Position numbers and translations under genes: made by a program. This document shows positions 11,062-20,000 of a stretch of 20,000 nt of DNA, piece after piece. Position 1 is the first letter of the stretch, and every line of letters starts with the position of its first letter. The notes beneath the pieces are model-generated. The model had not been told where the DNA came from. It searched no databases and saw only the letters and a program-made list of their open reading frames with translations. This stretch comes from Catajapyx aquilonaris (taxonomy: Eukaryota), in the NCBI GenBank assembly GCA_000934665.2, contig JYFJ02001507.1, positions 57,313 to 77,312 of the forward strand, read 5' to 3'.

Positions 11062-11171
11062 CTCGATGAGGACCTGAAATGGCTGGTGGTCCTATTCAAT
11101 TCTAGTTCCCACCTGCATGTTTTTAATTTTTTCCCACCCATCCTCATCCACCATAACATATAGTCAATGGA
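11062..11171 (-). mobile_element. Decayed non-LTR retrotransposon AP-endonuclease fragment
   Basis: With a 2-nt frameshift the minus strand reads SIDY/VMVDEDGWEKIKNMQVGTRIE*DHQPFQVLIE, matching the C-terminal IDY...SDHxP signature of LINE APE domains. Confidence 0.55.
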
Positions 11172-11362
11172 AGGTTAGGTCAATACCAGAGAGCATCTCG
11201 GATTCCTCCTCCAGGCCTGCCAGTGGGGCAGACTCATTCACTCTGGCTTTCAATTAGTACGTCGGGCCAACCGCCTTAAATATTTAAAGTTCAATATGAC
11301 GCGTTCATTTCGGGATGCAAGAATCAGGTCAATATTGCTGTGAAAACACCGAAGATGACACT

Positions 11363-11508
11363 CACGTGCGTGATACAAACCCCACCCCTAACCTGGCACT
11401 ATAAAAGCAGGTCCGATGAGTCATAGAATAGTATCAGACGCAGTATAGAGAAGCAGTAGAGTAGCAGAAGCAGACAGTAAGCAGTAGCAGACAAACAGAC
11501 AGGTAAGC
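11363..11508 (+). promoter_or_regulatory. Candidate TATA promoter with short first exon and splice donor
   Basis: CACGTG at 11363, TATAAAAG at 11400-11407, Inr-like ATAGT/TCAGA ~28-34 nt downstream, CAG/GTAAGC donor at 11503. Confidence 0.4.
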
Positions 11509-12020
11509 CATGTATAAAAATTTCCAGTTGCATTTATTTTACTTTGCATGCAACCATAGGTTGAAGTGTATATTATGCATGATTATGGTATACAGATGCA
11601 AAAGTAAGTGTAGTCATTCCATTTTGTATTGTATGAAATGAGCAGAGTTGTAGAAGTTGTTGTTGGTGTCATAATATGTGGAAAAGAAGTATTATGGGAC
11701 TTGTGCACTATGTATGTATGTATGAAGCTTATTATGTGTGCAATAGCCAATAGTGAACTGTAACGTTCTGATATAACAAAGAGCCTTACGTGGCTGCATT
11801 AGGTTGCTTGAAATCATTCACTAAAAATTATTTATTCCCGATGACATCCGTCGCAAATACCTCTACCTAACTTATATTCGAACCAGTACCTGCGAAGGTT
11901 CGACAATTGAAAATTCTAGCTACTGTAACTGCCTGTGCATGATACGATCTGTGTTGTGATCTGGCAACCATGTACCACTTGCGCTATTACACGATCATAA
12001 TATTTAAAGTGTAGCTGGGC

Positions 12021-12104
12021 TCTGATTGGTGATTATAACAGAAGCGACGCATGCTGTCAACCGTGTAAAATCCGAAGCGTTCGGTACTATCAAAGATGGC
12101 GTCC
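12021..12104. promoter_or_regulatory. Housekeeping-type promoter, possibly of the SR gene
   Basis: Reverse CCAAT (CTGATTGG, ~12021), CGCATGC, and YY1/Pho motif AAGATGGCG (12093-12101). Confidence 0.45.
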
Positions 12105-12552
12105 ATTCCTTCAAATTCCCATCTGGTAGCATGTTGCTTCTATCATCCCTGCACTAGAAGCCCGGCTTCTGTTGTCCATTTTTTTTTCTTTATAATTTCC
12201 CCACTTTCTTGAAATCTCGATACATTTTTGGCCTGGATTTATCCTGGTTTGATCCTGGAAAAAGCGGCATCCAAAATCCCCCCCTCCCCGGACAGACTTC
12301 CTCAGCTTGAACCTGGAAAACTTTCCAAGCATGGGTGAGCACAAACCAAGGATAAGACATGAAAACTAGGACCCGGTCGATCATTGCCGCCGCCAAGGCA
12401 CCCCCTTTTCTTTTCATGGATTTGGTCAGCAATTATTTTGTAATTAGCCCATGCGGCACATTCACCTCCAATAATTGTTTATGCACTCCAATTCGCATCA
12501 TGATGGTGCAGGAAAGGTCATTGAACCTTACATAGAAGAGTAGGCTAAATCA

Positions 12553-13466
12553 TCTATTACACTTATATAAAAGTCAAAGTTTGTTTGTTTGGTTGTTTGA
12601 CCAGGTGAGAGCTGGGAGGGGGAGAAGATGGCATACCCAAATTTTATACCAATTTCATACCCATTCGTACAGCTTCATACCCGTCTGACCACATTCATAC
12701 CAATTTCATACCCGTCGGACCACATTCATACCAGTTTTATGCCAATTTCATACCCCACACCCATTAGTACACCTTTGTGTATATATTGTACCATTTGCAC
12801 ATTTAAGACACATTTAATACCTGTTTGATACCCATTTTGCACATTTTCATATCCGTTCGTGCACCTTTGAAAATGTGCCACACTCGTTACACATTTACAT
12901 GTAATCTAGATGCGTAACGAGCATAGAACGGTTTTAAAGGTGTGTGAATTGAGTATGAAAATGTGCAAAATGGGTATAAAATGTGTACATTTTATTCCCC
13001 TCCGTTTATACATCTTTATATCCATTCGTACACGTTTTATACCTTTTTATACTCATTTGCAGATCATAATACCCCTCCGTACACCTTCATACACATTCTA
13101 TACCCATTTCATGCCCATTTACACATTTCATACCCATTTGTATACACCTTTAAATACAGATTTACGTACCCATTTGTACATGTTTATACCCATTCATACA
13201 CCTTGAGACAAATTTATACAAATTTCATACCTATTAATACATTTCATACCCATTTAATACCAAAATGTACAGGTTTATACCCATTTAATACCAAAATGTA
13301 CAGGTTTATACCCATTTGTACACCATTAATACATATTTTATACTCGTTCGTACATCTTCATACACATTTTATACCCACTTATATACATTCTTACACATTT
13401 TATGCCCGTTTTATGCCCAATGTGTGTACCACGGAAAGTCTGTGTGAAGAATGTGGCTATAGCTAT
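12553..13466 (+). mobile_element. Putative non-autonomous Helitron-like element filled with a degenerate CATACCCATTT minisatellite
   Basis: 5' end A/TCTATTACACTTATATAAAAGTCAAAGTTTGTTTGTTTG resembles insect Helitron 5' ends; 12630-13420 is built from short ATACCCATTT-like units (exact 31-bp duplication at 13246/13277); degenerate 3' end ...GTGTGAAGAATGTGGCTATAGCTAT/T. The repeat is certain, the Helitron class is inferred. Confidence 0.5.
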
Positions 13467-13567
13467 TCTTTTATAAATGAGTATTTTTTTTTACAGGTGT
13501 CAAGAGAGCGGCTTGAAAACATTTTAAGTTGGCAACGAGGTTGGTCCCCCTTTTTATGAAGGGAAAG

Positions 13568-16500
13568 ATGACGGGGAGCACCAAAGTAATCCAGGTGACC
13601 AACATAGCCCCGCAGGCCACGAAGGACCAGATGCAAACCCTTTTCGGCTTCCTGGGAAAGATCGAGGACATAAAGCTGTACCCGACAATGTACGTTGCGC
13701 TTCATCAATATTGAACAGTTGTAATTAAGTTTGTCAACTTTACAGACGAGACGTGGCCGTACCTGTCCAGTCCCGGATATGCTTCGTGAAGTTCACGGAC
13801 TCGACGTGCGTTGGCGTGGCCCAGCACATGACCAACACCGTGTTCATCGACAGGGCTCTCATCGTGGTGCCCTACCAAGAGGGTTGGTTTCTTGCGGTTT
13901 GAATCCCTGCGACTTGTTTGAATCAGGCTCTTCTGCCCATATTGCAGGAGACATTCCGGATGAGCAGAAGGCACTTGAGCTGACAAACCAAGGGACGCTG
14001 GTGCCCGGACTATTCCCGTCGGAGCCGAAGCTGCCACCGAATGTTTCCAACCAGGTATGACTTAACTGCGGCTGAGCTTGATATGTTAATCGCATTTTTG
14101 TACTGTCCGCAGCTTGAAGGCATACCACCCAATCAAGTCGTGATGACGACGGACCCCAGGCTGACCTCTAATGACCTTCCGCAGTATCCGCCACTCCCGG
14201 CGACTCTAGACGGACGTAAGATTGAGGAAATAAGGCGGACCGTGATGGTGGCCAACCTGGATGGCGATGTGAGTGTCGTACTCTCATCAAATCGGATTCA
14301 GTTTCATTTAATTCCCTTCAATTACGCCGTGTACTAAACACGAATAGCGTTTTTTTTCTGGTTTGTATGTGTTTTTTTATCAAGAGTGTTCTTTTTTATT
14401 TAATGGCTTTTGCCTGTTTCCATTTTGTGCCGTTCCAGGAGCGCATACACTCTCCCAATGATTCTCCAATTAGTCGAAAATCAAATTGAATATCCCGTAG
14501 AGAGAAATTGGTATGCAAGTTCTGAAGGGAGGAATCGTCCTTGTCACACAGTGTGCCTGTAGATTTTAAGTTCTTATTTTTAAAGAGGAAAAACAAAAAA
14601 AGGTGTTTTTTTGTGGGTTCAGAATAAGGAACGGATTCGTTACTTTTCTAGGTGTCTGCTCAAGAAGTCATTGATTTTTTCACCAGTGCCGGAGAAGTGA
14701 AGTACTTCCGCTTTTGCAGTCGAGAGAATGACGGCCTACGCTATGCCCTGGTGGAGTTCACTGAGCAGGCATCGCTCATCGCTGCTCTGCAGATGAACGG
14801 AAAAGAGTTTGCCAGCCGGCATCTCAAGTGCGTCTACATGCGATTTTAACGTTACGATTGTCCAAGCTAATTGTTGCTTCGGCAGGGTGTACCACTCGAC
14901 GCAAGCGATTGTGAAGCCTCAAGCGAAGAGCAATGAAGCTGCGCAGAGGGAGATTGAAGAGGCTATGTCTCGAGTGAAGGAAGCGCAAAATCTCATCTCC
15001 GCAGCGATTGATCCAGGCCAAGCTTGCTTCGCTTCTCCAGGACTTACAGGTTCAGTCGTCTCCCTTTTCCAGGACGGCAAGGCCATCACCGAACCACGGT
15101 TATGACCTTGCTGTCGTTACAACTGAGCTGTTGTCTTTTCAACGCTTGTGTCGTTTCGCTTCCAATTTCTCTTCCATTCTTAATCGTGATAGTGATAGGT
15201 ATTCTAGGCAAGGAGAAGAAGCGCAGCCGCAGTCGTTCCAGGTCCAGACGATCCGGATCGAGGGACTCCAGAGGCGGCTCCAGGCGCGGCTCAAGAGGCG
15301 GATCAAGAGGTCGAAGGAGGTCCGGATCTAGATCCAGGAGATCCAGATCAAGACGATCCAAATCCAGGTCTGGTTCAAGGTCTGGTCACAGTTCTAGGTC
15401 CAGGTATAGACGGTCTAGATCACGGTCCAGGAGGTCCAGGTCGAACAGGAAGTCACGATCCAAGTCAAGGTAAGTGGAAAACCAAGGCTCGCTCCGTTAA
15501 GACTTAACGGTTTCGGGTTTTCCGGCAGGGACAGAAAACGAGGGTCTAGAAGCGATAGCCAGAATCGGAAGAGCCGAAGTCGCAGCCGATCTAAAAGTCG
15601 GCCTAGATCGCCAACCAGGTTTGAAATTACATGAGATTGAACATGGTGCGTGTACTTACGACATTGCGTTTCAGATCGAAACGATCCAGGTCCAGGTCTC
15701 GAAGCCGACGTTCGAAGCGTGCGAAGTCAAAGGAACGACTGAAGGAGGTGAAGAAGGAGGTTAAGGAAAAGGGACGGGACAAGAAAGACGAGAAGGCCGA
15801 TAAGGAGAAGAGCAAGTCGAAGCATAGGGATAAGCATGACAAGCACGATAAGGACGGCGGGAAGAAGAAGGAAAAGGAGAAGGAAAAGGAGAAGGGGAAG
15901 GAAAACGGGGATAAGGAGTTGAAAAAGGAGGATGTACCACCGGCGGAAGAGGAAGACGAGGAGGAAGAAAAGGAGAAGTTGGTTGTGGTGGAAGAAGAGG
16001 GAACGACGGATCAAATCGAAGAAGACGTAGAACGAGAAGCATCGCCTAAGAAAGAAAAGGAAGAGAAGGACACCAAGAAGAAGCGAGATAAGGAGAGTAA
16101 GTACCGCATTTTGTTGCGGCTAATTACAGCTGACTAATCGCCGTCTTTTACCAGACAAGAAGAGCCGCCGGTCTCGCTCCCGATCCCCGAAGCGTCGTGC
16201 CCACAGCCCCGTTCCGCCTGTATCCCGCCGGAAGAGCCGTTCGCCTCGTCGCAACCGCAGTAGGTCACCATCAACCCGCAGCAGCCGTAAGGAGTCCCGC
16301 AGGAACAAGCGGGAAGCCTCGCCAAGCAGACGGAAGCGAAGCCGGAGCAAGAGTCCCAAACGAAGCGGCGGAAAGCGGGATCGCAGCCGCAGCAAGAGTC
16401 CAAGGAGATCCAGGCGGCGATCACGTTCGCCTAAGCAGAAAAAATCACGTAGCCGCTCCCGATCGAGGAAGGAAAAGAAGCGGGATAGAAGCCGGGAAAA

Positions 16501-16884
16501 GAAGGAGAGGAAACGGGATGAGGAGAAACATAAGGAAAGCGGACGGAAGAAGGACGAGGAAAGCCGGAAGGAAGCGAAGGTCACTCGGAATTACGACGAG
16601 GAAGAGCAGGGATACGACGAGGAGCAAGGGAGCCATGTACGTACTTTTTTTGTACATTACTTTGTTCGTTACTAACCGGCAATTTGCAGGCAAGTAGTAC
16701 TCCGCCGGAGAAAGACGAGGATGAGCGGGTTGAGGATGAGGAGGAGGAACGGGGTGAAGATGACGATCGTGAAGACGATAGCGATAAGGAAGGTTCGGTA
16801 GCGAACATGGACGTCGACGACGATGAAACCGAATCGCAGCAAGTCGAAGGCCGACAGGATATGGAGATATGCAATTCCCCATGA
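13568..16884 (+). CDS. SRSF11: SR splicing factor of the SRSF11/SREK1 family (Srp54-like): two RRMs, RS domain split by a Glu/Lys-rich block (~764 aa, 11 coding exons)
   Basis: Exons 13568-13689, 13746-13882, 13948-14054, 14113-14268, 14652-14827, 14886-15016, 15193-15469, 15529-15618, 15675-16096, 16155-16636, 16690-16884 (2295 nt, in frame). Motifs VIQVTNIAPQATKDQMQTLFGFLGKI, VAQHMTNTVFIDRALIV, IEEIRRTV, AQREIEEAMSRVKEAQNLISAAIDP, RS repeats, KVTRNYDEEEQGYD. An in-frame ATG also lies at 13556. The donor of exon 6 is ambiguous (15017 GC or 15050 GT). Confidence 0.92.
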
Positions 16885-17642
16885 AATCGCTCACATTTTC
16901 AGTTAACGGCGTGTAGGATAACTATGCAGATAACATGTACAAGGTGTGCCAGAATTTCGGGACACTTCCGATTTCAACTGATGCATAATATCACTTAGCG
17001 ACATTTCGCAGTACAACCAAAACCAAACGAGCGCATAATAACAAGTGTACTAATCTACTGTAGATATTTACAATATTTCCGATTGTAAGTCGTAATTGGC
17101 TGCACGATTTAAAATGTGGATAAGTTCTGGCGCACCCTGTGCAGTACGTCTTCACGCAACAAGCGCTTCAGAGTAAAATTAAACTGGATCGATTTATTTC
17201 GCTTACTAAAAGCCGACAACTTGTACCGTTAAAAAAAAAGCTTCGACAATTAGTGTAGCGATCCCAGTGCAACGTGTGTCAGAACTTCACATATTAATTT
17301 ATCTAATTAACGAGGCAGTTAATTGCCCATATATATGGCGAATGTTTCGGAAGAGAAAGTTAGCAAGTTTGTTCAGTACGTTCAATGTGAAAAATGGCTG
17401 CCTGTTTGTTTGTTTTTTCAATGTGAGTGCGCTAATCGCGCGATTAGGATTAGAGGCCGTCGCCTGTTTTCTGGTTCGTAATAATGAGAATCAAGTTTAT
17501 AAAAAATTTTGTTACCCAATTTTTTAAAAACGTGCTAGGGCAGTAGTTATCACTTATATTTCGATGGGGATGTATTTTTTTCCTTCCTTATATTGTCGCT
17601 TCATAGTTTAGAAAATATGTCATTGCATTTTACATGTGAGTC

Positions 17643-17648
17643 AATAAA
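17643..17648 (+). terminator. Putative polyadenylation signal of the SR gene (3' UTR ~760 nt)
   Basis: AATAAA followed by a T-rich tract at ~17672-17690. Confidence 0.45.
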
Positions 17649-18174
17649 TTATGGTGAAGTCTCTCTCAACTAATTTTTATTTTTCTCTACATGACCGGAC
17701 GTGCTTTTCATTACATTATGTACATGACTATTCGGGCGTACTTCTGTCGCTTAGTCCCACTGCCATATCTTTCCAGGAAGCGGCGACTTCTTTTTCGAAG
17801 CCTCCACGCTGAAATTAATGTAACATTTAATTACTATTAATAATTATTTTCAAATCCCGCATTTTTACCTTTTCTCGCCCGACGCAATGGCTTTAATGCC
17901 CTTTGCAGAGTTGATCGCAAGCAAGTTTGGCGGAGCGACTTCACGTCTGGCGTCACGTGTGTAATAGTAGTTCGCGCTCATCTTATCCGCAGATCCCGTT
18001 GGAAGGTTGGGCGGAGGCTGCGTACGGGCTGCTACGTAGTCCTCAAATCGAAGCGCATTTGTGTGCTTCCTCTGCGATTACACAGCATGCGGTAAAGAGC
18101 AAAAAAAATAATTATTAACACGAAAGGACGACTATTGCTGTCAAGCTACTCTTGGGACATGGAATGGTGCATGT

Positions 18175-19260
18175 GTATATAATTATATAAGGGAAAGTTT
18201 GTTTGTTCACGGCAACCCGCTGCCATGGAGATCCATTGCAACCCGGTAATTGAAAGCGCACATCAGCAATATCGCCATTGAGCAACATTTAATCGCACAC
18301 ACGAGTATAAGGGAAAGTTTGTCTGTTTGTCCATGGCAACCTGCTGCCGTGGAGACTCCTTGCAACCCGTTGCCATGGACAAACTTTGGCTTTCATGTAT
18401 GTACGATTAATCGACAACGTAAAATGTACTTCTTCCCCAAGTTATACTTACTCCACGTGCCCTCTGTAATTTTATTAAAATTCATACACTAATTACTGCG
18501 TTGTACAAACTGCATGGAAGTCACATTGCAACCTGTTGCCATGGAGATCCATTGCAACCCGACAATTGAATGCGCACGACTTCAGCAATCGCACACACAA
18601 GTATAAGGAAAAGTTTGTCTGTTTGTCCATGGCAACCCGGAGACTCATTGCAACCCGTTGCCATGGACAAACTTCGACTTTCATATATGTACGATTAATC
18701 TACAGTGTAAAATGTACTTCTTCCCAAGTTATACTTACTCCAAGCGCCCTCTGTAATTTTATTAATATCCGTACACTAATTGCTGCGTCGTACGAACTGC
18801 ATGGAAGTCACATTGCAACCTGTTGCCATGGAGATCCATTGCAACCCGCTAATTGAACGCATACTACGTCAGCAATCACACACACGAGTGTAAGGCAAAG
18901 TTTGTCTGCTTGTCCATGGCAACCCGCTGCCGTGGAGACTCATTGCAACCCGTTGCCATGGACAAACTTTGGCTTTCATATGTGTACGATTAATCGACAA
19001 CGTAAAATGTACTTCTTTCCCAAGTTATACTTACTCCAAGTGCCCTCTGTAATTTTATTAATATTCATACGCTAATTGCTGCGTCGTACGAACTGCATGG
19101 AAGTCACATTGCAACCTGTTGCCATGGAGTCATGTCGCAGCTCGTTGCGATGGACACGGATATTGCCTTTCATATATTGGTACGATTAATGTCGAGCAAA
19201 TTACACTTACTCCAAGTGCCTTCCGTAATTTTATTAATATTCATATGCTAATTGCTGCAC
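18175..19260. repeat. Tandem array of ~290-bp units (about 3.5 copies) with internal GTTGCCATGG subrepeats, possibly Helitron-derived
   Basis: Anchor CACACAC(G/A)AGT.TAAGG.AAAGTTTGTCTG recurs at ~18296, ~18592, ~18879; AAAATGTACTTCTT..CAAGTTATACTTACTCCA recurs three times; partial copies at both ends. Confidence 0.9.
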
Positions 19261-19724
19261 TTGTATGACCTGCTTTGAAGTGCAATGCGGTGCGTGTGTG
19301 TCGTACTGTGCAATGCAAGGTATTGTTCTTGAAAATATGACTTACGCCCAGAAGGAAGTTTCGCATCATCTGGAGGATCGGAGAGACGTTTCTTGGCTCA
19401 ACCTTGACCATTTTTTGGTTTTCGATTTGTTGCCGAGCTGACCAAAAAAAGTTCAAAAAAGGGTGACCTCCTCAGGCAACTCAGGTCAAAAAAAAAAAAT
19501 GTTCTAATTTCTTATTTCCAACCTCTGCTGTTCACAAGAACAGTGTTTCCAATACTGGAATGTGCCCAGTGTTGCCAACAAGGCTGCCAAAGACGTAACA
19601 ATTCTTTTTAGAAACACAACCGGTTAGGTTTTTTTTTGTAATTATTATATTTAAAATGCACATTTAAAACTTTAAATCTAAACTGGAATAATCCATTTTT
19701 TTGTGTGTGCATTGCGTTAAAATG

Positions 19725-20000
19725 GACCAATCTCAGAACGAATTCAATCTGACGCATGCGCACCTTGAATCTGCAAAATGTCTCATGTAAACCGGTGTCA
19801 TATTTAGCTAACAGCGCTTAATAATAAATTTACTGCCCCAAATTGTAATTAATATATTTTCCGATGAGTAAAAAAATTCATATATTAATAATATATTATG
19901 AGCCCGTGTTTTGCTGCAGATGTGTCCACTTCCGTTTCCGTCCTTCTCGCTTTTTCTTTGGACGCCATATTGGATTCGAAGCCGCTTCCCCCTTCTGTAC
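19725..20000. promoter_or_regulatory. Promoter/5' region of a neighbouring gene at the window edge
   Basis: CCAAT (~19727), NRF1/EWG-like ACGCATGCGCA (~19752), ETS-like ACTTCCG (~19929), YY1-like CGCCATATT (~19963). Confidence 0.45.

Noticed and set aside
12910..13559. 198-aa and 98-aa Tyr/His/Pro/Phe-rich ORFs
   Set aside because: Translations of the ATACCCATTT minisatellite with no domain-like content.
15086..16894. Antisense Leu/Asp/Arg/Phe-rich ORFs
   Set aside because: Shadow frames of RS and EK codon repeats.
18175..19260. CRISPR-like repeat-spacer array
   Set aside because: The sequence between the short palindromic words is itself repeated rather than unique, the context is eukaryotic, and no cas genes are present.

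Overview
Eukaryotic, gene-dense genomic DNA, probably arthropod/insect (inferred from many 50-60 nt introns, AT-rich spacers and insect-type repeats). I reconstructed four spliced genes by hand with consistent reading frames: (1) the 3' part of a matrin/U1-type zinc-finger gene resembling ZNF318/CG9776 (+, 749-3387); (2) kaptin/KPTN (-, 5209-3497); (3) GPI mannosyltransferase 3/PIGB (-, 9454-6756), which needs a GC-AG intron; (4) an SRSF11/SREK1 (Srp54)-type SR splicing factor (+, 13568-16884). Intergenic and intronic DNA holds a MITE with 26-bp TIRs and a 4-bp TSD, a decayed LINE endonuclease fragment, two Helitron-like repeat-filled elements, a perfect 28-bp palindrome, a (TTA)n tract and several promoter-like clusters. 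I see no prokaryote-type system (CRISPR, operon, defence island) and cannot support a wholly new biological system. The most interesting signals are candidate autoregulatory splicing features in the SR gene (poison exon, non-canonical junction before the RS domain, hairpin intron), a long G-U-rich fold-back, an orphan TATA promoter/first exon, and a hairpin/X-box-like tandem array. Homology calls come from recalled family motifs, not database searches.
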